Source: an uncultured delta proteobacterium (GTDB lineage Bacteria; Myxococcota_A; UBA9160; UBA4427). Taken from it: 64,000 nt of DNA. The stretch is from NCBI GenBank assembly GCA_963822965.1, contig CAWGJT010000008.1, positions 32,001 through 96,000 on the forward strand, in the 5' to 3' direction. A model generated the notes under the pieces. That model searched no databases. It was given only the letters and a program-made list of their open reading frames with translations, and had not been told where the DNA came from. Positions 19,224-32,159 of the stretch are shown in pieces. The position numbers and the translations under genes were made by a program. Numbering within the stretch: position 1 is the stretch's first letter; the number at the start of each line of letters is the position of its first letter.

Positions 19224-20240
19224 ATGAAGGTGGACGGTCCGCTGCTGGTGGACGACCCGGCGGACGCCGGTCCGGCGGCCCGCAGGCTCGAGGCCGCGGG
19301 CTACGCGGGTGGGTTCAGCTTCGAGGGACGCCACGATCCCTTCCTGCCCCTGGCGGTCGCCGCCCAGCAGACCGAACGGCTCGAGCTGATGCCGGGCATC
19401 GCCATCGCGTTCGCGCGTAATCCCATGATCCTCGCCAACATCGCCTACGACCTGCAGCTGCTGTCGCGCGGGCGCTTCATCCTGGGCCTGGGCACGCAGA
19501 TCCGCCCCCACATCGAGCGTCGCTTCAGCATGCCGTGGTCGCGGCCGGCGGCGCGGATGCGGGAGCTCGTGCTCGCGATCCGCGCCATCTGGGATCGCTG
19601 GCAGAACGGCACCCGCCTCGACTTTCGTGGCGAGTTCTACCAGCACACGCTGATGACGCCGGTCTTCGATCCGGGCCCGAATCCGTACGGCCTGCCGCGC
19701 ATCTTCTGTGCGGGCGTGGGGCCGAAGATGACCGAGGCCGTCGGCGAGGTGGCCGACGGCTTCTTCGTACATCCGTTCCACACGCCCGAGTTCGTCCAGC
19801 GCACGACGTTGCCCGCCCTGCGGCGCGGGCTCGAGCGGTCGGGTCGTCGGCTCGAGGACTTCGAGATCGCATGCCAGATGATCCTGGTGACCGGGCGCGA
19901 CGAGGAGGAGCTCGTCGCCTCGCGCAACGGCGCCCGAGCGCAGATCTCCTTCTACGGATCGACACCCGCCTATCGTCCGGTGCTCGAGTGCCACGGACAG
20001 GGCGCGCTGCAGGACGAGCTGAACCGCCTCTCCAAGGAGGGCAAGTGGCTCGAGATGGCGGGCCTGGTGGACGACGACCTGCTGGAGAAGATCGCCGTCG
20101 TGGCGCCGCGCAGCGAGGTCGCCGCCAGGGTGCGCGAGCGCTGCGGCGCGTGGGCCGATCGCGTCAGCCTGGTGTCGCACTTCGCCAAGCCCGATCTGCT
20201 CGAGGACGTGGTGGACGATCTCTCGGACGCGCCGGCGTGA
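19224..20240 (+). CDS. F420-dependent LLM class oxidoreductase (TIGR03617-like)
   Basis: HDPFLPL, IAIAFARNP, LGLGTQIRPHI, HTLMTP, FYGSTPAY; AAAGGAG RBS. Confidence 0.88.
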   Translation: MKVDGPLLVDDPADAGPAARRLEAAGYAGGFSFEGRHDPFLPLAVAAQQTERLELMPGIAIAFARNPMILANIAYDLQLLSRGRFILGLGTQIRPHIERRFSMPWSRPAARMRELVLAIRAIWDRWQNGTRLDFRGEFYQHTLMTPVFDPGPNPYGLPRIFCAGVGPKMTEAVGEVADGFFVHPFHTPEFVQRTTLPALRRGLERSGRRLEDFEIACQMILVTGRDEEELVASRNGARAQISFYGSTPAYRPVLECHGQGALQDELNRLSKEGKWLEMAGLVDDDLLEKIAVVAPRSEVAARVRERCGAWADRVSLVSHFAKPDLLEDVVDDLSDAPA

Positions 20241-20704
20241 AGGCGCCGTGGCGGGGGCTCGTCCCGACGTGCGCCCTGCTGCTTCTGGGCTGCCCGTTGG
20301 GCCCGTTCCCGGGTGGGGCGCTGCGCGGCGAGGTGGCGCGCGGGGACGTCTCCGACTGGAGCTTCGTCTCGAAAGAGGAGACCTGTCAGCTCGAGACGAA
20401 CCCGGACGATCCCCATTCCGTCAACACCTGGTGTGTCGGCCGGGGGAACGCCCTCTACGTGCCGACCTCGATGGTGCGGGGGCCGTCGGTTCCCAGCGAG
20501 CGGCAGTGGGTTCGCAACGTGCAGACCGAGACGGCCGTGCGGGTGCGCGTTCGGGGCGTCGTCTACGAGCTCGAGGCGTTGCAGGTGACCGACGACCGCG
20601 AGTACGGCACGGCGCTCCGCGCTCTCGAGGAGAAGTACGGCCTCGATCCGGACGCGCGAGACCCCGATCGCGAGATCTGGATCTACCGCCTGCAGCCGCG
20701 CTGA
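20237..20704 (+). CDS. Putative lipoprotein, split-barrel (DUF2255/DDN-like) fold; paralog 2
   Basis: GTGA overlap; LLLGC lipobox; PGGALRG, PDDPHSV, WVRNV...VRVR, YRLQPR. Confidence 0.7.
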   Translation: MKAPWRGLVPTCALLLLGCPLGPFPGGALRGEVARGDVSDWSFVSKEETCQLETNPDDPHSVNTWCVGRGNALYVPTSMVRGPSVPSERQWVRNVQTETAVRVRVRGVVYELEALQVTDDREYGTALRALEEKYGLDPDARDPDREIWIYRLQPR

Positions 20705-20725
20705 TCCGGGAGAGGGAGACGTTCC

Positions 20726-21493
20726 GTGGCCCGCGCCGACGCGCACACGATTCCCTTCGCGGAGATCGACACGGTCTTCTTCGACGTCGGGAACACGCTC
20801 GTCTCGATGGACTTCGACTGGGTGAGCGAGGAGCTCTCGGCGCGCGGGATCGCCGCGAGCCCGACCGCCATCCGCCGCGCCGAGGCCGCCGCGCGTCCCC
20901 GGGTCTCGGCGGGCATCGCCAACCGCGACGAGAAGGAGACCCTCGAGACCTTCGCGTTCTACCTCGGTCTGGTGCTGCGCGAGCTCGAGGCCGGACGCGC
21001 GCTGGGGGAGGCGCGCCTGGAGGCCCTCGCCCGCGAGCTCACGCCGGTGCTGCGGGCGCCGGGGCGGACCCACCGGCTGTGGTCGTGGCTCATCCCGGGC
21101 GTGCCGGACGCCCTGCGCGGGTTGCAGCAGGCCGGATTGCGGCTGGCCGTGGTGAGTAACTCGGACGGCTCGGCCGAGGCGTCCCTCGTCGCCCGCGGCC
21201 TGCGGGAGCACTTCCACGCGGTGATGGACTCCCACCTGGTGGGCCACGAGAAGCCCGATCCGCGCATCTTCCAGCGGGCGCTCGAGGCCTGCGGCGCCGA
21301 CCCCGAGCGAACCCTGCACGTGGGAGACCTCTACGCGGCGGACGTGGTGGGCGCGCGCGCCGCCGGCATCCACCCCGTGCTGCTCGATCCCTTCGACGAC
21401 TGGGGCGAGGTCGACTGCGTCCGGCTCCCCGACGTGGGCGTCCTGCGCGCACGTCTCCTGTCCGCACGCCAGCCGGCAAGGTCCGGCGGCTGA
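20726..21493 (+). CDS. HAD-superfamily hydrolase (subfamily IA)
   Basis: FFDVGNTL, VVSN, EKPDPRIF, HVGDLYAADV. Confidence 0.92.
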   Translation: MARADAHTIPFAEIDTVFFDVGNTLVSMDFDWVSEELSARGIAASPTAIRRAEAAARPRVSAGIANRDEKETLETFAFYLGLVLRELEAGRALGEARLEALARELTPVLRAPGRTHRLWSWLIPGVPDALRGLQQAGLRLAVVSNSDGSAEASLVARGLREHFHAVMDSHLVGHEKPDPRIFQRALEACGADPERTLHVGDLYAADVVGARAAGIHPVLLDPFDDWGEVDCVRLPDVGVLRARLLSARQPARSGG

Positions 21494-21505
21494 CGCGATC
21501 GCCCG

Positions 21506-24397
<2,892 letters not shown>

Positions 24398-24400
24398 GGG

Positions 24401-25549
24401 CTAGCGGGTGGCGCTGGCGCTGTCACCGACGCGGTTGGCCTCGGCGTAGACGCCCCGGCGCTCGATGTACACCTGCGTGCGGAGCTTGTCGATCCAGGCC
24501 GTGTACTCCTTCTCCATCTTCTGCTGGAAGAGCGCCTGCTCGAGGGCGGGCTTCGCCTCCTCGAAGGTGACGGGATGGAAGTCGCGCCGTTCGACCACCA
24601 TCAGCAGGTTGCAGCCGAAGTACATCGGGATCACGTCGCTCACCTGCCCGGGGGAGAGGTTCGCCACGGCGGGCGCCATCCAGCCGGCGAGCTCGTCGCC
24701 GTGCACCCAGCCGAGGTCGCCTCCGCGCTCGGCGTTGGTGTCCGAGAAGCGCGAGGCCGCCTCCTCGAAGGTGAGCTTGCCGTCGATCACCTGCTGTCGG
24801 ATGTCTCCCGCCATGCGGCAGGCCGTGTTCTGGTCGCGCATCTTCTCCGCGGCGACGGCGATCAGCAGGTGGCGCAGGTGCAGCTCGGCGCCGGAATCGC
24901 GCTGGTTGCCGTACTTCTGGTTGTAGAGGGCGCGCACCTCCGCGTCGTCGATGGAGACCCGCGAGCGCACCATGCTGCCCAACACCTTGTTGCGCTCGAT
25001 CTCGCTCTTGATCTTGGCGCGATACTCGTCGACGGTGAGGCCGTGGCTCGCGATGCTTCGGCTCATCTGCTCGAGGGTGAGCCCGTTCTCCTTGGCGATC
25101 GCGGCGATGGCCTGGTCGACCTCGGCGTCGGTGGCCGAGAGCTGGGCGCGACGGACGATGTCCTCGATGAGGCGCTGCTCGATGAGCCGCTCGAGCGCCT
25201 CCGAACGCATCGCCCGGATCTCGGACTCGGGCGCGTTGGCCTTGCGCATACGCGCCTCGATGGGGGCCGCCAGCCGTCGCACCTCGGAGACGAGCACGAC
25301 GCCGTTGCCGACCTGGGCCGCGATGCCCTCGATGAGCGCCTCGCTGTCGCTCCGCTCGTCCGCCGGCTGCACCGGGAGCGGGGCCGTGCTGGTGACGGAG
25401 GCGCTGCCGGCGCCGGACGGCAGGAAGCCGCCGGGAATCTCCACGGGGTCGTCGTCCACCGCGGACGCGGGCCCGGCGGGAAGCGCGGCGGCCACCAGGC
25501 AGAGCAACGGGACGGCCGCGAGCTTCGCGAGCGCGGGGTGTCGGCGCAT
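24401..25549 (-). CDS. surA: SurA-like periplasmic chaperone/parvulin PPIase
   Basis: Signal peptide, SurA N-domain (IAAQV...LERLIEQRL), rotamase LRHLLI...GGDLGW. Confidence 0.85.
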   Translation of the reverse strand: MRRHPALAKLAAVPLLCLVAAALPAGPASAVDDDPVEIPGGFLPSGAGSASVTSTAPLPVQPADERSDSEALIEGIAAQVGNGVVLVSEVRRLAAPIEARMRKANAPESEIRAMRSEALERLIEQRLIEDIVRRAQLSATDAEVDQAIAAIAKENGLTLEQMSRSIASHGLTVDEYRAKIKSEIERNKVLGSMVRSRVSIDDAEVRALYNQKYGNQRDSGAELHLRHLLIAVAAEKMRDQNTACRMAGDIRQQVIDGKLTFEEAASRFSDTNAERGGDLGWVHGDELAGWMAPAVANLSPGQVSDVIPMYFGCNLLMVVERRDFHPVTFEEAKPALEQALFQQKMEKEYTAWIDKLRTQVYIERRGVYAEANRVGDSASATR

Positions 25550-25734
25550 CGAACGACTTCCGAGGTTGGCGCTCCCCGCGGGACCGGCCCGCTCGAGCCT
25601 GCCGTCGGGGATTCGCGGGACGCGCGCATGGTAGCGCCCGGGGCCGATCCGGCCGCCGCCGGCGACGGTGGCTCCAGACCGTGCGGTACGAATTGGCTCT
25701 TTGCGGACCGGATTGGATCCATCATCCTGCCGCG

Positions 25735-27264
25735 ATGCTCGAGCTGGCCTTCCGACCCGACCCCGCCCGCGGCGGGCCCCTCTACGAGCAGCTCGCCGCC
25801 TACCTGGCCGATCTCGTCGAAGCCGGACGCATGGTGGCGGGGGAGCGGCTCCCCGCCTCCCGCGAGCTCGCGGCCCAGCTCGGCGTGAGCCGCAACACCG
25901 TCTGCCACGCCTACCAGATCCTGACCGATCGCCACGTGCTCGCGTCCCACGTGGGGCAGGGAACGTTCGTGGCGGCGCGATCGCTCCGCGGCATCGACGG
26001 CGGGGCCGGCACCGGCAGCTCCGATCGGCGGACGGACCCGCCCGAGCCGGCGCGCGGATTCGCCTGGGAGGGGCTCTTCGCGCTCCGCAACCACCGCATC
26101 GTGCTGCCCTCCGGCGCCTCGGCCCGGCGGGACGGTCGCTTCGACTTCAGCGGCGGTCGCGTCGACCCGCGGCTGCTGCCGGCCGCGGAGCTGCGACGGG
26201 CCTGGTCGCGCGCCGTGGACGGCTCGCTCGAGACGCTGTCCCGGCCCATCGACGCCATGGGTCTACCGGCGCTGCGCGAGGAGATCGCGCTCTCGCTGGT
26301 GGCGCGGGGCATCGCCTGTGAGCCCGAGGACGTGCTGGTCACCACCGGCATCCACCAGGTCTTCGATCTCGTGGGACGCACCCTCGTCGATGCCGGCGAT
26401 GCGGTCGTCGTCGAGCAGCCCGGCTGGTTCCTGGCGGCGCTCTCCCTGCGCGCCGCCGGAGCCCGGCTGGTGGGCGTGCCGGTGGACGACGAAGGCCTGT
26501 GCGTCGACGAGCTCGCCCGGATCCTGCGCGTCCGGCGGGCCAAGCTCATCTACACGACCCCCTCCGCCCAGTCGCCCACGGGCGCGGTGCTGTCCGAGCG
26601 CCGGCGCGAGGCGCTGCTCGAGCTCTCCGACCGGCACCAGATCCCGATCCTGGAGGACGACTACGACAGCGAGCTCCGCTTCGAGAGCGCGCCGCTGCCG
26701 GCGCTGAAGACCCGGGATCCGGCGGGACGCGTGATCTACGCGGGCACGTACTCGAAAGCCCTGTTTCCCGGGCTGCGGGTCGGCTACGTGGTGGCCGCCC
26801 GGCCGCTGCTGGCGCGGCTCGCGCTGCACAAGGCCATCTGCGACTTCTCCACCGACGGCGTCGCCCAGGCCGCCGTGCTGGAGCTGTCCACCTCCGGCGC
26901 CCTCGAACGTCACGTGCGCCGGGTGCGTCGCGTCTACGGTCGGCGCCGCGAGGCGCTGCTCGGCGCTCTCGAACGGCACCTGCCCGAGGGCACCGTCTGG
27001 AAGCGACCCCACGGCGGGCACGCCGTCTGGGTGACGCTTCCCGACGACGTAGACGGACCCGCGCTGCAGGCGGCGGCGGGGGCCGCGGGCATCGTCTACG
27101 CCCGGGGCGACCTCTTCAGCCTCGACGGCCGCTTCGCGGGCTCGCTGGCCCTGTCGTTCGTGAACCTCGACGAAGCGACCCTCGAGGAGGGGATCGCGCT
27201 GCTGGGGCGGCTGGTGGACCGGGCGCCGCGGGCGCCGGCGAGTGGCCGAGGGACGGCGCGATAG
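25735..27264 (+). CDS. MocR/GabR-type GntR regulator with PLP aminotransferase domain
   Basis: GERLPASRELA..LGVSRNTV wHTH; EDDYDSE; GTYSK PLP lysine. Confidence 0.93.
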   Translation: MLELAFRPDPARGGPLYEQLAAYLADLVEAGRMVAGERLPASRELAAQLGVSRNTVCHAYQILTDRHVLASHVGQGTFVAARSLRGIDGGAGTGSSDRRTDPPEPARGFAWEGLFALRNHRIVLPSGASARRDGRFDFSGGRVDPRLLPAAELRRAWSRAVDGSLETLSRPIDAMGLPALREEIALSLVARGIACEPEDVLVTTGIHQVFDLVGRTLVDAGDAVVVEQPGWFLAALSLRAAGARLVGVPVDDEGLCVDELARILRVRRAKLIYTTPSAQSPTGAVLSERRREALLELSDRHQIPILEDDYDSELRFESAPLPALKTRDPAGRVIYAGTYSKALFPGLRVGYVVAARPLLARLALHKAICDFSTDGVAQAAVLELSTSGALERHVRRVRRVYGRRREALLGALERHLPEGTVWKRPHGGHAVWVTLPDDVDGPALQAAAGAAGIVYARGDLFSLDGRFAGSLALSFVNLDEATLEEGIALLGRLVDRAPRAPASGRGTAR

Positions 27265-27326
27265 ACTCCGGGTCGCGCCCACCGCGCCCCCCCGGTGCCA
27301 CATGGCACCCGTCGCGAGGAGATTCC

Positions 27327-27701
27327 ATGGCCCGTTCCCCCGCCTACCAGCAGCACCCCGAGCACCGCGTCGCTGTCGAGCCGCACCCCGCGCGGGTGCG
27401 CGTCGAGTTCGCGGGAGAGACAATCGCCGACAGCGAGCGCGCGCTGCGGGTGCTGGAGTCGCGACACGACCCGGTCGTCTACGTGCCGCGAGAGGACGTT
27501 CGCCAGGACCTGCTGGAGAAGACGGAGCACACCACGTTCTGCCCCTTCAAGGGCAACGCCTCCTACTACACGATCCGGGTCGGCGATCGCGTCGCCGGAA
27601 ACGCGATCTGGAGCTACGAGGACCCCTACGACGACGTGGCGGCGTTGAAGGGCTGCATGGCCTTCTACGTCGATCGCGTGGACTCGCTCACGGAGGGGTG
27701 A
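27327..27701 (+). CDS. DUF427 (NTP_transf_9) protein
   Basis: VYVPREDV, TFCPFKGNASYY, WSYEDP; GAGGAG RBS. Confidence 0.92.
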   Translation: MARSPAYQQHPEHRVAVEPHPARVRVEFAGETIADSERALRVLESRHDPVVYVPREDVRQDLLEKTEHTTFCPFKGNASYYTIRVGDRVAGNAIWSYEDPYDDVAALKGCMAFYVDRVDSLTEG

Positions 27702-28428
27702 GCGCCCGATAGGCCGGGCCCTCGAGCACCGGGACGCAATCGCTGGCGTCGAGGGCGACGGCGAGCGCGACGTCCGCCTCGTCGTGGCGCACGCTCTTCT
27801 CGCGGCCCGAGGCGCACGCCGCCACGAGGGAGGCGAGATCCCGTCGCGCGGCACGGAAGACGGCTTCGGCTGCCAGGGCGTCGGGCGAACGCGTGAGCTG
27901 CGGGGGCAGCGCCGCGACGACCGCACCCGCCCCGCACAGGTCCTCGAAGGCGGGGCGGAGGCTGCCGTCGTGGGGCCAACGCTCGCCCGCCGGCACCACC
28001 AGCACGGTGCCGCCGCTCGCGGCGGCATGACGCGCCACCGCCGTGCGGTTTCGCAGGCAGCCGGCCAGCGTCGTCGCGGTGCCGGTGGCGAGGGAGAGCG
28101 TCGAGCCGTTCGGGGAAGGCAGGACGAGCCGGCAGCCGGCCTCGATGGCCGTGAGCGAGGCCGGCTTCAGGCTGTAGCCGCGCGGATTCGCGCCGGCCAG
28201 AAGCGCCCCGCACTCTCGTGCGTAGGTCGCCGCGGTGTCGTCGCGGAAGCGGTACGGGAGGACGGTGGCGCCGCCGGCCGTCGCCATGTCGACGCACGTC
28301 GAGAACGAGAGCACGTCCACGATCACGACCACGTCACACGCGGGCGAGAGGGCTTCCACGGCGGGAGGACCCCACTCACACCGTACCGCGTAGCCGTGCT
28401 GGAGGAGAGGGTCCGGGTGGAGCGCCAC
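27688..28428 (-). CDS. 2-phosphosulfolactate phosphatase (ComB-like)
   Basis: VIVDVLSFST, SPNGS, GCLRN, AGERW, EDLCGAG. Confidence 0.85.
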   Translation of the reverse strand: MALHPDPLLQHGYAVRCEWGPPAVEALSPACDVVVIVDVLSFSTCVDMATAGGATVLPYRFRDDTAATYARECGALLAGANPRGYSLKPASLTAIEAGCRLVLPSPNGSTLSLATGTATTLAGCLRNRTAVARHAAASGGTVLVVPAGERWPHDGSLRPAFEDLCGAGAVVAALPPQLTRSPDALAAEAVFRAARRDLASLVAACASGREKSVRHDEADVALAVALDASDCVPVLEGPAYRALTPP

Positions 28429-28541
28429 GTCGTTCCGAAGGTAGCAACGAACCGGCAGGCGACGTGCAACGGCCGTTTCGGGGTTCAGGGCCGCACGCCG
28501 TCGGTCCGAAACGAGGGACTCATGCGACCAGGAGGGCCACG

Positions 28542-29264
28542 ATGGACCGGCGACTCTCTTCCTCGAAGAAGATCTCGAGCGCGATCTCCGCGCCGGTCGC
28601 GGTGCTCCTGTGCGGCGCGTTGCTGGGGCTCTCCCTCGGGTGTGACGACCCCGTGGCGACCCTGCAGAGGGCCATCGACGAGGGCAAGAAGGCGGCCGTC
28701 GCCGGCACCCTGTCGGCCCGGGATACGGCGGGTGGCGAGGACTTCTCGGACGACGAGGCGGCGCGCCGGGCGGCCGGCGGCGTCTCCCTCGGACCCGATC
28801 ACGCGAAGCGTCTCTACTACCAGTTCGTCGACGCGCGTGGCCGCGTGGCCTTCGTGGAGCGGCTGGAGGACGTTCCCGCGCAGTGGCGCGACCGCGTGGG
28901 CTTCGTCGAGATGGACTCGGCGCCTCCGCTGTCGCCCGCGATGGCGGAGCAGACGCGCGACCGTCGCTATGCGGCCAACGCCGACAGGTTGCGTCAGCCG
29001 GCCGCGCGTCCCGGCGTTCGCGTGCCCGCCCGGATCGTCCTCTACTCGGCGACCTGGTGCGGCTGGTGCAAGAAGGCCAAACGGCACCTCGACGCCCAGG
29101 GGGTCGACTACGAGATTCGCGACATCGACAACCCCGCGAACCTGGACGAGCTGGTGGCGAAGACCGGCCAGAAGGGAATCCCGGTGCTCGACGTGGGCGG
29201 CAAGGTCGTGACGGGCTTCAGCCCGGACCAGTACGATCGGCTCATCCGCGAAACTCGCACATAG
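28542..29264 (+). CDS. Putative lipoprotein with DUF4124-like and glutaredoxin domains
   Basis: LSLGC lipobox-like; YQFVDARGRV; YSATWCGWCKK (CxxC) and GIPV; AGGAGG RBS. Confidence 0.8.
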   Translation: MDRRLSSSKKISSAISAPVAVLLCGALLGLSLGCDDPVATLQRAIDEGKKAAVAGTLSARDTAGGEDFSDDEAARRAAGGVSLGPDHAKRLYYQFVDARGRVAFVERLEDVPAQWRDRVGFVEMDSAPPLSPAMAEQTRDRRYAANADRLRQPAARPGVRVPARIVLYSATWCGWCKKAKRHLDAQGVDYEIRDIDNPANLDELVAKTGQKGIPVLDVGGKVVTGFSPDQYDRLIRETRT

Positions 29265-29295
29265 GGCCGCGCCGCCGGGGTAAAATCGGGGCTCG

Positions 29296-32127
29296 ATGCC
29301 CCGGATCCTCAGCGCACTCTTCTTCCTCTCCGGCGGAGCCGCGCTGCTGTTCGAGACGCTGTGGTTCCGCCAGGCCGGTCTCGCCTTCGGCAACAGCGTG
29401 TGGGCGTCGAGCCTGGTGCTCGGAAGCTTCATGGCCGGGCTGGCGCTCGGGAACGCCTGCATGGCGCGGTACGGCGACCGCGTTCGGCACCCGGTGCGTC
29501 TCTACGCCGGCCTCGAGGCGGCGATCGGCCTGGCCGGGGTGACGCTGGTGCTGGTGCTGCCGACCCTTGGCGCATGGTGCGCGCCGATCTTCCGGCCGCT
29601 GCTCGACCATCCCTGGCTGCTGAACCCGTTGCGGCTCGGGCTGGGCTTCGGGCTCCTGGTGGTTCCCGCGACGGCGATGGGCGCCACCCTGCCGGTCCTC
29701 GTGAAGGTGCTGATGTCCTGGGATGCAAGCTTCGGCTCCGCGCTCGGGCGTCTCTACGGCTGGAACACCCTGGGCGCGGTGTTCGGCGCGGTCGGGGGCG
29801 AGGTGTTCCTGGTGGGTCGGTTGGGCGTGCACGGGACGGCCTGGGTGGCCGCGGGCCTGAACGCCGTGGCCGCCGGGGTCGCGTTCGTCCTCTCCCGGGG
29901 TCGTCCGCGGGTCGAGGCCCCGAAGCTCCCGGTGGCCCGCGAGCCTCCACCCGGGATCGACGCGGTCGGGCGCCGCGTCCTCGCCGCGACCTTCGTGGCG
30001 GGTGGCGTGCTTCTCGCCTTCGAGGTGGTCTGGTTCCGCTTCCTGCGTCTGTTCGTCAACGCCACGAGCGTGGTGTTCGCCATCCTGCTCGCGGTGGTGC
30101 TCGCCGGCATCGCCCTCGGCGGCTTCGCCGCGGCGCGCTGGCTCCGCCGCGACGCGGCCGCCCCGCGGCACACCGCCATGCTCGCGTCGTTGTCGGGGGC
30201 CCTGGCGATCGCGCTCTACGGGCTCTTCTCGCTCCCCCTCTCGCTCCAGCCCAACTACCAGCTGTCGAGCCCGGACGTCATCGTCGAGCTTTCGCTGACG
30301 CTGATGTTTCCCGTCGCGCTGCTCTCGGGGATCCTCTTCCCGTTCATGGGAGTGTTGCTGCAGGAGCGGCTGTCGGCGGAGACCCGAGCCGCCGGTCTGC
30401 TCACGCTCGCGAACACCCTGGGCGCGGCTCTCGGCTCCGCGCTCGGCGGCTTCGTGCTGCTCCCGGTGCTGGGCATGGAGAGGTCGTTCTGCGTGCTGGG
30501 CGCCGCCTACGGCGGCGTCGCGCTGCTGGTCTGGAACGCGGCTCCGACCCCGCTCTCGCGACTCGGGAGCCGGGCGCGTATCGGAGCGGCTGGCGCCCTG
30601 GCGGGGGCGCTCGTGCTGTTTCCGGCGGGGAAGATGCAGCGCGTCTACCTACCCACGTCGATCGGTCGCTGGGACCCCGATCACACCGAGCAGGTCGTGG
30701 CCGTTCGTGAGGGTACGACGGAGACCAGCGTCTACCTCCGTAAGGCGGTGGACGACGAGACCATCCAGTACCGCTTGCTGACCGACGGCTTCGCGATGTC
30801 CGGTACCTGGGCGTTCTCACGTCGCTACCAGAAGCTCTACGTCTATTGGCCCGTGGCCGTGCACCCGGCACCCCGCCGGGCGCTGGTAATCAGCTACGGT
30901 GTCGGCTCCACCGCGAAGGCGCTCGTCGACACGGTCGCTCTCGAGCAGATCGACGTCGTGGACATCTCCCGCGACCTCCTCGAGATGTCGCACATCGTCT
31001 ACCCCGATCCGTCGGAAGATCCGCTCCGCGATCCGCGCGTGCGCGTGCACGTGGAGGACGGGCGCTTCTTCCTGCAGGTCACCGCCGAGCGCTACGACAT
31101 CATCACCGGCGAGCCGCCACCGCCGAAGAACGCCGGCGTCGTGAACCTGTACACGCGGGAGTACTTCCAGCTCATCCACGACCGCCTCGCGCCCGGGGGT
31201 ATCGCGACCTACTGGCTGCCCGTCCACAACACCCTCGAGTCCGACACGAAGGCGATCGTGGGGGCGTTCTGCGAGGTCTTCGCGGACTGCAGCCTGTGGA
31301 GCGGAATCGATCTCGACTGGATGCTGGTCGGCTCGCGTCGGGCGCAGTGGACCCGATCCGAGTCCCTCTTCGTCCGGCAGTGGAGCGACCCGGGGGTGGC
31401 GTCCGAGCTGCGCGCCGTGGGTGTGGAGGTTCCGGAGCAGCTCGGCGCGCTCTTCATCGCCGACGCCGCGCAGCTCGGTCGCTTCATCGCCGACACGCCC
31501 CCTCTCACCGACGACTGGCCAAAACGTCTCGGCGACGGCGAGCAGACGGTCGAGGACGCGCGCGAGACCTACCGAGACTGGCTGGACGCCGGCGCCAATC
31601 GCAGACGCTTCCTCGCGAGTCGCTTCATCGTCGAGGTCTGGCCCCCCGCCCTCCGTGAGCGTTCGCTGCCCTACTTCGACCTCGATCGCATGGTCGAGGA
31701 CAGCTTCGTCGGCAAGCCGATGCCCTTCACGGATCGGCTGCGTCGCGTCGAGCGACTCCTTCGTGAGACGTCCCTCGAGACCCTTCCGCTCTGGTGCCTG
31801 GAGGTGTCGGGCGACGGACTCCGGGCGGTGCAGGCGCTGCTCGCGCGGGGCGTTCCCGACGAGCGCTTCATCGAGCCCCTGGCGCGCGCGGCCGTCGCAC
31901 GGCGCGACCTGGAGCAGGCGCTCCTGCTGCTCGAGCGGATCGACCGGCCGCGCGATCGCGATCTCATCTACCTGCGCGGATTGCTCCTCGCCCTGACGGG
32001 GCGCGGTGACGAGGCGCGGCAGCTGGCGCGCTCGAACGGGGACTGGCTACCCCGGGACGAGAGGTCGCGCTCGTTCTGGACCTGGCTGGGGGGCCTGGAG
32101 CCCCTGCCCCGCCGGGGGCGCCCGTGA
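29296..32127 (+). CDS. Membrane-fused spermidine-synthase-like protein (multi-TM N-terminus plus SAM/dcSAM-binding domain)
   Basis: FFLSGGAAL.FE, LYGWNTLGA, SYGVGST, EDGRFFL, YDIITGEPPPP, NLYTREYF. Confidence 0.88.
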   Translation: MPRILSALFFLSGGAALLFETLWFRQAGLAFGNSVWASSLVLGSFMAGLALGNACMARYGDRVRHPVRLYAGLEAAIGLAGVTLVLVLPTLGAWCAPIFRPLLDHPWLLNPLRLGLGFGLLVVPATAMGATLPVLVKVLMSWDASFGSALGRLYGWNTLGAVFGAVGGEVFLVGRLGVHGTAWVAAGLNAVAAGVAFVLSRGRPRVEAPKLPVAREPPPGIDAVGRRVLAATFVAGGVLLAFEVVWFRFLRLFVNATSVVFAILLAVVLAGIALGGFAAARWLRRDAAAPRHTAMLASLSGALAIALYGLFSLPLSLQPNYQLSSPDVIVELSLTLMFPVALLSGILFPFMGVLLQERLSAETRAAGLLTLANTLGAALGSALGGFVLLPVLGMERSFCVLGAAYGGVALLVWNAAPTPLSRLGSRARIGAAGALAGALVLFPAGKMQRVYLPTSIGRWDPDHTEQVVAVREGTTETSVYLRKAVDDETIQYRLLTDGFAMSGTWAFSRRYQKLYVYWPVAVHPAPRRALVISYGVGSTAKALVDTVALEQIDVVDISRDLLEMSHIVYPDPSEDPLRDPRVRVHVEDGRFFLQVTAERYDIITGEPPPPKNAGVVNLYTREYFQLIHDRLAPGGIATYWLPVHNTLESDTKAIVGAFCEVFADCSLWSGIDLDWMLVGSRRAQWTRSESLFVRQWSDPGVASELRAVGVEVPEQLGALFIADAAQLGRFIADTPPLTDDWPKRLGDGEQTVEDARETYRDWLDAGANRRRFLASRFIVEVWPPALRERSLPYFDLDRMVEDSFVGKPMPFTDRLRRVERLLRETSLETLPLWCLEVSGDGLRAVQALLARGVPDERFIEPLARAAVARRDLEQALLLLERIDRPRDRDLIYLRGLLLALTGRGDEARQLARSNGDWLPRDERSRSFWTWLGGLEPLPRRGRP

Positions 32128-32159
32128 GACGTCCGCCCCGTCCGGGGTAGCCTGCTCGG

